This document shows positions 46,873-56,141 of a stretch of 64,000 bases of DNA, in pieces. Below the pieces are notes generated by a model that saw only the letters and a list, made by a program, of their open reading frames with translations, was not told where the DNA came from and ran no database searches. Position 1 is the first letter of the stretch; each line of letters opens with the position of its first letter. Origin of the DNA: a virus; the IMG/VR virus record IMGVR_UViG_3300009093_000003, positions 10,714 through 74,713 of that record; one strand, 5' to 3'. The translations under genes and the position numbers were made by a program.

Positions 46873-47582
46873 TTCCTTTTCATTACCCTAATGTGTTCTA
46901 TATTAAAAACAAAATCCCATTTTTCGCCATGTTCCTTCATATAATCAAGGAATGCATCAGTCACTGGCTGTATCCCTGCAAAATGACCTGTAGGAGCAAA
47001 ATTAAGATCGTTGCAACAATCGTCCATTACCAAAAAACCGCCACGATATACTAACGGAGCATAATTGTTAAGGTCGGCCTCTACATCGTTATACTCATGC
47101 GACCCATCAATATACACTATATCAAAAAGCGAATTTTGATTTGCAAAATTTACCGCTTCTTCTTCTTGAGAAAAACCGCGGTATAAGTTCGGATATTCAA
47201 TGTTAAACTTGTCGTGTAGTTTTTGTATGTCTCCCTGGTAATCATCTTCTGTCCACCCGGTACCAGCGCCATTCATTGGTGTGATACCGAATATATTAGC
47301 ATTTTTACTGGCTCTGTTTGATAAAATTCGGATAAGGCTTATAACCTGGCACTTGTGGCAGCCGATTTCCAAAAACCTAAAATCATTTCGCATTTCATCC
47401 ACTAAAAGTTTCCACACCCAATGAAAGGCGTCCTCTCCCATCCCGAAAACATGGTCACGAACCCATTTTCTATGCGTGCTCAACTCTGTATCATCGGCGA
47501 CTAATTGCGATAACAAATGTTTTAAATGATAATGCGATTCCGGCGTATCGAGCCATTCTTGTTTTAATGTTTCTAAAGTCAT
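46869..47582 (-). CDS. class I SAM methyltransferase (Methyltransf_24-like, sugar O-methyltransferase)
   Basis: FLEIG, FDIVYIDGSHEY...DL...GGFLVMDD. Confidence 0.88.
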   Translation of the reverse strand: MTLETLKQEWLDTPESHYHLKHLLSQLVADDTELSTHRKWVRDHVFGMGEDAFHWVWKLLVDEMRNDFRFLEIGCHKCQVISLIRILSNRASKNANIFGITPMNGAGTGWTEDDYQGDIQKLHDKFNIEYPNLYRGFSQEEEAVNFANQNSLFDIVYIDGSHEYNDVEADLNNYAPLVYRGGFLVMDDCCNDLNFAPTGHFAGIQPVTDAFLDYMKEHGEKWDFVFNIEHIRVMKRK

Positions 47583-47662
47583 TTCTTTGTTTTAAAATAG
47601 ACATATTGAGAATAGGCGAATGCATAAAATGAACAAATCAATGCTATTATCGGTGACGTCAT
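47579..47662 (-). CDS. 27-aa single-TM microprotein
   Basis: MTSPIIALICSFYAFAYSQYVYFKTKK*; ATGA-coupled at both ends. Confidence 0.6.
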   Translation of the reverse strand: MTSPIIALICSFYAFAYSQYVYFKTKK

Positions 47663-48306
47663 AATTTTATCAATTCGTTAAATTTTTCATCAACTGTTTT
47701 TCCGTTAAGGTGAATAAAGCAGGGTTCATTTCCAAATATTTGCACCCGGTTATTATCATAAGTGTATTCTCCAGCAGCTATAAAACTATGTGAATTGAAA
47801 ATAGATTGCCCATAATCCGGCCTTATTTTTTGATGTTTTTCGTTCCCCTGCAACAAAAAACAAATGTTTAGCCATAATTGGTCATCTATCTCATAAAATG
47901 GTGGGTAATATTCAAAAAGTTGTATAAATATCTCTGATTTTGCGTAATACAAACCACTATTTGGAAAGTTAAACCCATGTCCAAAGTCCGCATACTCATT
48001 TCTAAATGGTATCATTGACGGCGGCCACAGATTCTTTTCACAAGAAACTACCATTTGATCCGTTATCCACAATTTACTTTCAAATTCATCAGGGCCGGCC
48101 AGCGCAACAACATCATGAGCGTCACAAAAAATAAATCGGTCAACCTCGGGATGCGATTTTAAATACTCATAGGTCGCAATAAGTTTTGTTCCGAACCCTT
48201 TCCATTCAGTTACAATAGCAACCCCATCCCACTTGTGTTTTCTAATGGAATCTAACAAGGTTTTGGCGAGCGAAATATCATTTGTTACTGTGATTACCCT
48301 AAGCAT
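47659..48306 (-). CDS. PLOD/procollagen-galactosyltransferase-like GT-A glycosyltransferase
   Basis: W.GFGTK, FIFCDAHDV, VSCEKNLWP, FPNSGLY, DDQLW, IHLNG motif series. Confidence 0.85.
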   Translation of the reverse strand: MLRVITVTNDISLAKTLLDSIRKHKWDGVAIVTEWKGFGTKLIATYEYLKSHPEVDRFIFCDAHDVVALAGPDEFESKLWITDQMVVSCEKNLWPPSMIPFRNEYADFGHGFNFPNSGLYYAKSEIFIQLFEYYPPFYEIDDQLWLNICFLLQGNEKHQKIRPDYGQSIFNSHSFIAAGEYTYDNNRVQIFGNEPCFIHLNGKTVDEKFNELIKL

Positions 48307-48922
48307 CTCTACGCCTCCATAATCCTTTTTTAAAACCTTTTTTTATACACTCAAACCTATCGCCCATGTGTTGTTCTACCAATTCGATAGGAATAAAATC
48401 AGATGTAATATCATCTATGCAAAGTATTGCGCCGGGAAGCATCCGGTCAGAAAACCAATCCACCTCATGATTAACGGATTCTACCGAATGTGGCCCATCT
48501 AAATGAACAAAACTATAACCTGTACAGCCTATCTCATCAATATTGTAAATTGGCACAAAATCACCAAACCTTTCAAAATATTCATCGTCTGTCATACAGA
48601 AATAATGAAAGTCAACCGGGTTTTCAGCTACGTAAGCCCATAGTGCAGCCAGCGTTTCCGCTTTCATTTGATTGGTGTAATCGAGCCGGCAGGCTTCCAT
48701 GTGTTCGCGTGGCTTATACAAAATTGATCCGTATGGATCGACCGCCACAACCGTTTTACCAGGGCAATATTGCCGGACAGCATCAATAATAGTCTTTGTT
48801 CCCAAGCCGCGGCGAAGGCCAATTTCAATGCACATTCCCGATACATATTTGCTTAGTTCGACCGATTCGGTCAAAAATTCGTATTCGCCGCTGTCGCCGC
48901 TTATTTGGTAATTATTCCCCAT
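48299..48922 (-). CDS. class I SAM methyltransferase (Methyltransf_24/TylF-like)
   Basis: IEIGLRRGLG, VDPYG, FVHLDGPH, CIDD. Confidence 0.85.
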   Translation of the reverse strand: MGNNYQISGDSGEYEFLTESVELSKYVSGMCIEIGLRRGLGTKTIIDAVRQYCPGKTVVAVDPYGSILYKPREHMEACRLDYTNQMKAETLAALWAYVAENPVDFHYFCMTDDEYFERFGDFVPIYNIDEIGCTGYSFVHLDGPHSVESVNHEVDWFSDRMLPGAILCIDDITSDFIPIELVEQHMGDRFECIKKGFKKGLWRRRDA

Positions 48923-49658
48923 CGTAATAATATGGCAATTCGCCTTTTTGTATCATTTCCATGTAAACCGAGGCTTCGGTAAGCCAAACACTGGCTTCCT
49001 TTTTCTTCCATTCGGTGTAATCAGTTCCACCCCGATCAAGATTTGTGATTTTGATGTGCGGTAAAAAAGCGTTTCTAAATCCTGCAGCAATAGACCTAAC
49101 GCAATAAATACTATCATCAAATCCGTACAAACTCGGCTGCGAAAGTCCGCCGCATTTGTCCATCATCAGCGGATTATACGCGGTACAAGTTCCAATAATA
49201 TCAGGGCATATTTCAAGTTTGCCCTCCATTTTTGTACGATAGTGAATGTTTTCGTGATCGGGCCGTTGCCAAATGCCATAGCGTTTTAATCCCAGAATAC
49301 CAATGTCAGGATGTTTTTTTATTTGCGCTTCCAATTGTTCAACCCAGCCGGCTATTGACCATGTAAGATCATCGTCACATTTTATAACCACCTCTCCAGG
49401 CTCCCGCGCATACAACCCTTTATTTATCCCTTTTGCTGTGCCAATATTTTGTTTTAAATGCAAGATGGTCACATTTAAGCCATCTGTTGGCAAACTATCG
49501 AGATATGCTTCTGTTTCAAGTGTACACGAATTATTTACGATTATCCAGCGATGTTTTTTAAGGTCAACGGTATTCATCAAAGATGTGAGGCACTCTTTGA
49601 CAATAGGCAATTTCTTATTGTCTTTCGTTGCGAAAATGCATTGAACTATGAGCGACAT
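48912..49658 (-). CDS. GT2-family glycosyltransferase
   Basis: IIVNNS, NIGTAKGINKG, KCDDD (DxD), YGFDD motifs. Confidence 0.88.
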   Translation of the reverse strand: MSLIVQCIFATKDNKKLPIVKECLTSLMNTVDLKKHRWIIVNNSCTLETEAYLDSLPTDGLNVTILHLKQNIGTAKGINKGLYAREPGEVVIKCDDDLTWSIAGWVEQLEAQIKKHPDIGILGLKRYGIWQRPDHENIHYRTKMEGKLEICPDIIGTCTAYNPLMMDKCGGLSQPSLYGFDDSIYCVRSIAAGFRNAFLPHIKITNLDRGGTDYTEWKKKEASVWLTEASVYMEMIQKGELPYYYDGE

Positions 49659-49843
49659 ATTTCCTCCATCATTGATTTTGCGATTTTGTTAAGGTTTTCC
49701 AACGATGAGCAAAAGGCTATATCTTTTTTGTAACGCAGATAAGTTGCCGTGTCAAAATAACCAACGCCAATACTTTGCGATGCGAATTGGCCGATCAATT
49801 TTTTTGGCTTATCCAGTTTGTCTATGTCAGCAATTGCGCTCAT
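49646..49843 (-). CDS. hypothetical protein
   Basis: Probable start MSAIAD at 49843. Confidence 0.45.
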   Translation of the reverse strand: MSAIADIDKLDKPKKLIGQFASQSIGVGYFDTATYLRYKKDIAFCSSLENLNKIAKSMMEEICRS

Positions 49844-50061
49844 AATTTTAAAAAAGCTCATCCATCCCAAAATGCGAAGACAGCGCAAGCAAATCAAGAC
49901 ATTGTACCGGGATGAATGAGTATGTTTTTGGTAAAGTACACGTCACTATTGTTTGCTTGCTACGCCAAAATTAAAACTAATAATCCATACTACCAAATAA
50001 AAAAATGCCGCCCGGTTGAGCAGCACTTTCTTTTTATGGATACGTAACAGAAGTTGAAAGG

Positions 50062-50370
50062 TTATAAACCGGCTTGAACGGTAGCAACGCTTTCGGTAAC
50101 GATGATTGTTGATACCTGGCGCATAGCGCCTGTAAAATACTGCACATCAATTGCGCAATTTCCTTTTAGGTACGCACCTGGTGTGTAGAGGTAAGGGCCT
50201 CCCACAATATTTGCCGTCAATAGCGTATATGCCGGTGTAGGTGACTGTGGAAAAGGGTCTGCTGCGGTGATCGCCCCGCAAGGGGGGAATGGGCCTGCGC
50301 CTATTGTTGCTCCCTGCACACCGTTTACGGTTGCGGCAAGGTGTACTGTTTGTTGTCCTGCTAACGCCAT
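50062..50370 (-). CDS. small virion-like protein (decoration/auxiliary capsid candidate)
   Basis: Ala/Gly/Thr-rich; ends IVTESVATVQAGL; own promoter and terminator. Confidence 0.55.
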   Translation of the reverse strand: MALAGQQTVHLAATVNGVQGATIGAGPFPPCGAITAADPFPQSPTPAYTLLTANIVGGPYLYTPGAYLKGNCAIDVQYFTGAMRQVSTIIVTESVATVQAGL

Positions 50371-50385
50371 GATGTTTTTTTTTGA

Positions 50386-50398
50386 TAAAGGTAAATTG
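50386..50398 (-). promoter_or_regulatory. late-promoter candidate CAATTTACCTTTA (second copy)
   Basis: Identical to 37577-37589; 16 nt upstream of ATG 50370. Confidence 0.55.
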
Positions 50399-50450
50399 TT
50401 CCTTTTAAATTTAAACTATATATTTTTCTATAGTTTATTACTTTTGTTAA

Positions 50451-50654
50451 GTGGAAATAAAAGAAAAACTTAGTTTAGGTGAGCAGCTGAAACAGGGGCG
50501 GGAGGCAAAAGGTATGACCCAGGAGGCTGTACATCAAATGTCAGGGGTAAGTGTTTTTGTCATTTCAGGATTAGAAACCGGCAGGATTAAAAATACCAGC
50601 ACCCATACGTTGAGGGGATTGCAGTATGCCCTTGATATAATATTTGAGATTTAA
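50451..50654 (+). CDS. XRE-family HTH regulator (probably leaderless)
   Basis: REAKGMTQEAVHQMSGVSVFVISGLETG; TACTTTTG (50439-50446) ends 4 nt before the GTG. Confidence 0.88.
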   Translation: MEIKEKLSLGEQLKQGREAKGMTQEAVHQMSGVSVFVISGLETGRIKNTSTHTLRGLQYALDIIFEI

Positions 50655-50749
50655 GCCACTTTAGCCCCCCAACCACCCCCAAGTATCACCGAATCAAATA
50701 AACTTCACCACAGGCGTTAAAATCGCGTCATATGGGTGGTTTAATGGTT

Positions 50750-51457
50750 TCATATCAAAATTAATTTAGCTTGGTTTTTATTAGCTTCAAATTTTTTCAG
50801 ATAATCATTATACCGATCTTCCTGCGCGTTGAAATAGTCCCCATCCAGTTCTGTAGCATAAAAATCAAATCCAAGTCCATGTGCAGCTAAACGGTGGCTA
50901 CCACTTCCTAAATGCGTGTCAAGTATGTTATATCCCGGCTGCGCGTATTTTGTCAGGCACCAGCGATAAAGTTGAATTGGTTTTTGTGTTGGATGTATCC
51001 TAACTTCATTGGTAGATTTATTTCCGTTGTTTAATTTTCCATCTGCAGTACTTCCCTGCATCATACCGTTCCACATGAAAGAAAATTTACGAACACTTGA
51101 TTTAAAGTTTGTCCATGCCAGTTCGCAATCGGCAAAATTAGTTCCAATATTGCATTTGTCCCAAACTATAAAACATCTGGTTGCGCCTAAATAGTCCAGA
51201 AAGTAATTACCGCCCCAAATTATCTGATGTTCTGATACCCGGAATAGTTCTTTAAAATAATCTTCTGAAGGTATTTCGTAATCCCAAAATTCCTTTTTGT
51301 ACATTTTGGTTTTTGCAAGCTTTGATCTGCTGATGTTGCGATGGGCGCTTTCTTTTATCCCGTAAGGCGGATCTACAATTGCAAGATCAAAAAACTTATC
51401 AGGATACCTTGCCATCATACCCATGCAATCCTCATTTGTTACTATACTTTTACTCAT
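50750..51457 (-). CDS. DNA amino-methyltransferase (N6A/N4C, beta class)
   Basis: DLAIVDPPYG, HPTQKP, ILDTHLGSGS. Confidence 0.93.
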   Translation of the reverse strand: MSKSIVTNEDCMGMMARYPDKFFDLAIVDPPYGIKESAHRNISRSKLAKTKMYKKEFWDYEIPSEDYFKELFRVSEHQIIWGGNYFLDYLGATRCFIVWDKCNIGTNFADCELAWTNFKSSVRKFSFMWNGMMQGSTADGKLNNGNKSTNEVRIHPTQKPIQLYRWCLTKYAQPGYNILDTHLGSGSHRLAAHGLGFDFYATELDGDYFNAQEDRYNDYLKKFEANKNQAKLILI

Positions 51458-52164
51458 ATCAATTCAAGTTTTTGTTGAATGTTGTTGAAGTGGGTGTGAT
51501 AATTTGTCCAAATAACCTCTGAATGTTTACCTGTTAAAACCTGTTGTGTCACCATTGGTAAAAATGGCAACCATGTCGCCTTATCATTTTCACAAACTAT
51601 TGCCTGCCCTTCCCGGGACCTGCACCAATCTGCCAAACTATTAAAATCTATTTTTTTTGACGAATGAATGTAAGCCTGTCCACCAACAGTGTATGGCGGG
51701 TCAATAAACCATGTCACAACCTGATTTGGTATTTCATCATAGCATCCCTCCATAATTTTCCAATGCCTGATTTTAAATAATTGTGAGGCTATTTTTTTGA
51801 TGGTATAATTTTGTTGATTGGGCCTATGCCTTGCGCGTGGCGTTGCAATTTTTCGTGGATGAATAAATCCAAAACCAACCAAAAAACCGACTAAATATCG
51901 TTGGGCATCGCAATCATAGACGTGATTGTTAATATTTTCTCCGGCTTTAAAACGGGGTAATGACAAAATATCCTGTTCACTACATTGTTGCAGCCATTTC
52001 CAAATCTCTGTAATAACGGGATATTTATCAACTAATAAGACATCTTTTTCCCAATATTTTAAAGCGTACCTTGCTGTACCGGCAAATGGTTCAATAATTT
52101 TTTCATGAACAGGCGCAGGGTATAAATCAATAATATTTGTCTTTGCTCCGTAATACGACCACAT
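51454..52164 (-). CDS. DNA adenine methyltransferase (Dam/D12-like, alpha class)
   Basis: YYGAK, EPFAGTA, FIDPPY. Confidence 0.88.
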   Translation of the reverse strand: MWSYYGAKTNIIDLYPAPVHEKIIEPFAGTARYALKYWEKDVLLVDKYPVITEIWKWLQQCSEQDILSLPRFKAGENINNHVYDCDAQRYLVGFLVGFGFIHPRKIATPRARHRPNQQNYTIKKIASQLFKIRHWKIMEGCYDEIPNQVVTWFIDPPYTVGGQAYIHSSKKIDFNSLADWCRSREGQAIVCENDKATWLPFLPMVTQQVLTGKHSEVIWTNYHTHFNNIQQKLELI

Positions 52165-52173
52165 TTCAAAAAA

Positions 52174-52347
52174 TCATTTAGTACCAATAAAAATCAATTT
52201 ACCATTAAACCACACCTCAACGGCAGTCTCACGGCTTAGTTTTATTTTTTTAATAACGCAGTCGGTTCGACCTTCTGCCCATGCTAATAAATCCGTGTCA
52301 GAAAGGTGCGTCTTTTCCGGTTGTTGGTGTAAGTTCTCCTGTTCCAT
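52174..52347 (-). CDS. hypothetical 57-aa protein
   Basis: Read manually: MEQENLHQ...VEVWFNGKLIFIGTK*; overlaps the helicase 3' end and fills the gap. Confidence 0.35.
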   Translation of the reverse strand: MEQENLHQQPEKTHLSDTDLLAWAEGRTDCVIKKIKLSRETAVEVWFNGKLIFIGTK

Positions 52348-54142
52348 TTTCTCTTATGTTGGCTATAAATTTAAAATTGTCAATTACTTGTTCTTTGATA
52401 GGTTCAGAATAATTTAATGACACCTGTTTAGGCGTTGGTATTAACCAGTTTGAATTATCCCATTCTCCATACATACCGCAAAACCGACTATTATTAATGT
52501 TGTATCTCACATTACACGACCCCTGCTTTCCTAAATGACAATATTTCATTTTCTGAACATGTATTTCACTAAGTCCGGTGGTGTAGTTTCTATAAAAAGT
52601 TACGCCAATATCAGGCTTATTAAACCAGTTGCTTGACCCCGATATATCATACAAATTAGGAATTTCAAATGCCCCGGACTTGTCTTTCCTTATTTTTGTG
52701 GGATGGGCGATCACAATAGATAATATTCCATGCCTCTGGTCAAATCTTATTATTTTATCCAATTGCTTTGAAATATACATCGTTTCATTATCCCCCTTTT
52801 CAAAATTATGTTCCAATTTATTCCATGGATCAATCAATAATCCTTTGATACCGTATTTTACTACCAAACTTTTTGCTTTAGAAATTATATTATCCAGTGT
52901 TACATCATCATCCTCTGGCTGAATAAAATAAAAATGCTCGTTTATAAATGCTTTAGCCAATTCTTTTTCCCTACTTGAAAATATTGTTCCTTTTCTAACA
53001 TGCTTACCTAATAGGCATTCACAAATCATTACGATAAAAACAGGTAGCGGTTTATGTTCCGGTGTAAATAAACCCCACTTATAGCCGTGATTTATTGAAA
53101 GCGCGCACATGACCATCAGGGCAAATGGACTTTTACCATGATTTGGTATTCCTGTTAGCACCATCATGTGGCCGGGAACAAAGGAAACCATTTCATCAAA
53201 TTCTTTTAACATACCCGTTGTATCTCCCCTCGGCAATCCGCTTTCAATATAATGCTCTACATCGTCCCAAATAGAATTTACTGTTATTATTCCGCTCAAC
53301 GGGAAATCAATAAGGTTTGATGGTTTTATAAGTTCTATAAGTGCCGATGCTCCCTTTGCAACCAATAACTCATTTGCATCTTTGAAACTGGTTAAATCGA
53401 CCTTGTAACATCTCTCATACCCTAATCTCCTGGCAAGTTCATCGCGCAACGCCATGCCTGCCGCATCATTATCGGTTGCTATAATTATTTTCTTCTTATC
53501 CTCGAAATATTCTATGCAGTTATCAAGATATTCAAGATCGCTATTCCCTTTACTTGCTCCATTTGGAACACTAACCACTTCCTTTATGCCGGCCTGTATA
53601 AAAGATAAGCAATCAGGCTCCCCCTCGACTATAACACACCAATCAGAATTTTCTATAGCATCAAGATTATAAAAAATCAATTCAGCATCTTTTATCATTC
53701 TGAACTTTTTATTACCTGTTCGATATTTTATATTGATGAGCTCATTTTTTCTGAAATAATTAAACTGAACCGTATTTTGCTGGCTTCCGTCAATAAAATA
53801 AAGTCCCTCTGATATTCTGCAATCAGTAAGTACTTTTTGAGAAATACCCCGCTTAAAAAAATACTTCACCAAGTTATCTGAAAGTGAAGTGTTGTTTATG
53901 TAAACTGGCTTTACATAAACTTTAGTCCTGGGGATAAATTCTTTTCGGTTAGATACGCGACCTCTAAAACCACAGTCGTTATGGCAATTATAATCTCCGG
54001 TATCAAGATCAATACTTAAACAGGGGTCTTTTTTATTTTTTCTCGTATGGCTGCACTTTGGGCAAAGCACTTTGTCGCCACCGCTATTCTTTCTTGTGAT
54101 TACGCCAATATCTGAAAATAATTCTTTAATTGATCTTTCCAT
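52298..54142 (-). CDS. primase-helicase (Twinkle/T7 gp4-type)
   Basis: CPKC...CHNDC Zn finger, TOPRIM VEGEPD...DNDAAG...KDANE, SF4 helicase TGIPNHGKS, IDPWN, VIAHP, YDISGS. Confidence 0.95.
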   Translation of the reverse strand: MERSIKELFSDIGVITRKNSGGDKVLCPKCSHTRKNKKDPCLSIDLDTGDYNCHNDCGFRGRVSNRKEFIPRTKVYVKPVYINNTSLSDNLVKYFFKRGISQKVLTDCRISEGLYFIDGSQQNTVQFNYFRKNELINIKYRTGNKKFRMIKDAELIFYNLDAIENSDWCVIVEGEPDCLSFIQAGIKEVVSVPNGASKGNSDLEYLDNCIEYFEDKKKIIIATDNDAAGMALRDELARRLGYERCYKVDLTSFKDANELLVAKGASALIELIKPSNLIDFPLSGIITVNSIWDDVEHYIESGLPRGDTTGMLKEFDEMVSFVPGHMMVLTGIPNHGKSPFALMVMCALSINHGYKWGLFTPEHKPLPVFIVMICECLLGKHVRKGTIFSSREKELAKAFINEHFYFIQPEDDDVTLDNIISKAKSLVVKYGIKGLLIDPWNKLEHNFEKGDNETMYISKQLDKIIRFDQRHGILSIVIAHPTKIRKDKSGAFEIPNLYDISGSSNWFNKPDIGVTFYRNYTTGLSEIHVQKMKYCHLGKQGSCNVRYNINNSRFCGMYGEWDNSNWLIPTPKQVSLNYSEPIKEQVIDNFKFIANIRENGTGELTPTTGKDAPF

Positions 54143-54801
54143 TAGTGAACAAGTCTTGGCCTCATTAAAACTTCTACTTTTGCTGCTTTATTTTCGTCTT
54201 TAAACCAAACTGAAATCATTTTTTGTTTCCAGTTTCTTACTGGCGACCCCTTACTATCTATCCACTTTGCCGTATCGTAATATTTATGAGCTTTAGCCCC
54301 GGCCCAATCTGCGTATCCATTCTCCACGAAATATGCCACTACCTCATCAACAGTTGGTGGCATAAATACTTCTTTTTCCTTCTTCTCCTTCTTATCTTTC
54401 TTATATGTGTTCACTGGCTGTTCACTGGCTGTTCGCTGGCTGTTCACTGGCTGTTCAATTTCATTTTCTTGTGAGTTATAACTATCATATTTACAAATAG
54501 TTATAATAGAGTATTTGTTGTTCGATTTTATAGAAATTGAGCCATCATTTTCAAATAATTTTAAAATTCTGTAGATCATAGATCCATTTAACTCTAATTG
54601 TTCTACAGCTTTATCCCGGCCAAATATAAATTGCCCACGCTCTAATTTAATTGTTGAATACCCGCTATTTACCTTCAACGATACGGTTTGAGGTTCATAA
54701 ACAGCTTTCAATAACATCCAAATCCAAACCTTTAAATAATTAGGATTACTGAATTGTAGGCTGTCCAGTAATTGTCGATGAAGTTTGATATATCCAGCCA
54801 T
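54142..54801 (-). CDS. phage replication initiator (replisome organiser)
   Basis: MAGYIKLHRQL, LERGQF, SIITICKY, PPTVDEVVAYF...NWKQ; internal iterons. Confidence 0.85.
   Translation of the reverse strand: MAGYIKLHRQLLDSLQFSNPNYLKVWIWMLLKAVYEPQTVSLKVNSGYSTIKLERGQFIFGRDKAVEQLELNGSMIYRILKLFENDGSISIKSNNKYSIITICKYDSYNSQENEIEQPVNSQRTASEQPVNTYKKDKKEKKEKEVFMPPTVDEVVAYFVENGYADWAGAKAHKYYDTAKWIDSKGSPVRNWKQKMISVWFKDENKAAKVEVLMRPRLVH
54408..54457. repeat. iteron array, 4.5 x 11 bp (TGTTCACTGGC); probable replication origin
   Basis: Copies at 54408, 54419, 54430 (A to G variant), 54441, partial 54452; flanked by a pyrimidine/AT tract at 54368-54406. Confidence 0.8.
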
Positions 54802-54803
54802 AA

Positions 54804-55274
54804 TTAAAATTCATAATCGATTGCTTTAAAAATAGCTGTTGTGGTTTCATCGAAATAATTAGCGTCAAAGTCGTAACAATAAAAAAAAGGATAATATTTA
54901 TTACAAACTGGCATTGGCACTAATTCATGGCTATCAGCACCATTCATAATTGTTTTTATCGTAGATAGAGTTGGAACCCCAACAAGCAATAATATTGGTA
55001 CATCAATGAACATCATAGATAATTCTATACACTTCAATCGCTCAAATGAAGTTAACTTATTTGGCTTTACTTCGGCAAACACTTTTAACGATGGAAAATA
55101 AAAATCAGGCAAATACCAACCGGATGGTAGCTTATATGATTTATATTCGTATTTCCAGTTATATCCAAGTTCATCGAAAAAAACGGCCCACATGACTTCA
55201 AGTCGGCTTCTAAATTTAATCCCTTTATAGACTGTTGGAATGGCAGAAATATCATAATGGCGTTTAATATACAT
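54804..55274 (-). CDS. PD-(D/E)XK nuclease
   Basis: FRSRLEVMWAVFFD...YE...YLPDF...FAEVK. Confidence 0.85.
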   Translation of the reverse strand: MYIKRHYDISAIPTVYKGIKFRSRLEVMWAVFFDELGYNWKYEYKSYKLPSGWYLPDFYFPSLKVFAEVKPNKLTSFERLKCIELSMMFIDVPILLLVGVPTLSTIKTIMNGADSHELVPMPVCNKYYPFFYCYDFDANYFDETTTAIFKAIDYEF

Positions 55275-55316
55275 AATAAAAAGTATTGAAATTTAAAACT
55301 GTATAAAGCCGACAAA

Positions 55317-55508
55317 TTAAGCTACCTGTGCTATAGGCAATTCGACATCTTTAAGAATTTCACGAAGTAAATCCTCTTTTTTAAGTGATAGGTTACGTTC
55401 ACCTCGCATACACATGCTGAAAAATTGCGGGTGAACATCGATCAACTTAGCCAGGTGATTGTACCGGAATCCGCTGACCTTTACTTTTTCTTTGATTAAT
55501 CCATTCAT
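55317..55508 (-). CDS. small HTH (Cro-like) regulator
   Basis: SGFRYNHLAKLIDVHPQFFSMCMRGER; TATTTTTG promoter (55515-55522) ends 6 nt before ATG 55508. Confidence 0.7.
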   Translation of the reverse strand: MNGLIKEKVKVSGFRYNHLAKLIDVHPQFFSMCMRGERNLSLKKEDLLREILKDVELPIAQVA

Positions 55509-55693
55509 AATGTCCAAAAATATGTAAAAGTTTCGTTATTTCAATACAATTGCACAATTTTTGTTAAAATATAGTTTTAAGAAAAAATGTATAGGTTTTA
55601 AGAAATGTGTATTGTGATTTGGACATAAAAAAGCCGGAGGGCATCAACTCCCCCCGGCACCAGGAATCAATATAAATCAATTAAAGGTAGGGA

Positions 55694-56140
55694 TTATATC
55701 GGTAATTGTTCTTGTTTTTCGGGGTATGGCAACTCATAATTGAATGTCTGTCTAAACCACTGCCGGCAGTTCTCCAACTTTGTTTCCCAACTCACCGTTG
55801 TTTGCTTAGTTGAACTTTCGGGGATCCGTATTACTTCTCCTGTCTTAACTAATACCTGTTCTTCACCCCAAACATTAGTTTTGTTAAAATCGTGTATTTG
55901 CTCTTTTGAATAAGTCTCACCCCAGTACTCTTTGAAGCATTCTATTTGTGCCGGGATGAAATTAGCCCAATAGAATGCGTTTTGGTCAAGCGTACGTTGC
56001 GGATAGTACTTTTCCAATGTAACTAACCATCTGCCAGGCTTAATCGATTGTAGCGTCTGTAATAGCTTATTGTAAGGCGCTTGGTTTGTCCAACTGCCAT
56101 CTTTAAGCTTTTCAAGATAGAATTTAGTCTGTTGGGGCAT
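55694..56140 (-). CDS. NinB-like recombination protein
   Basis: RTLDQNAFYW, EQIHDF, SSTK motifs. Confidence 0.75.
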   Translation of the reverse strand: MPQQTKFYLEKLKDGSWTNQAPYNKLLQTLQSIKPGRWLVTLEKYYPQRTLDQNAFYWANFIPAQIECFKEYWGETYSKEQIHDFNKTNVWGEEQVLVKTGEVIRIPESSTKQTTVSWETKLENCRQWFRQTFNYELPYPEKQEQLPI

Positions 56141-56141
56141 C

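Noticed and set aside
16795-49733. Numerous + strand ORFs of 60-190 aa overlapping the minus-strand structural genes
   Set aside because: Antisense shadows without motifs or initiation signals, unlike the same-strand 58583 ORF
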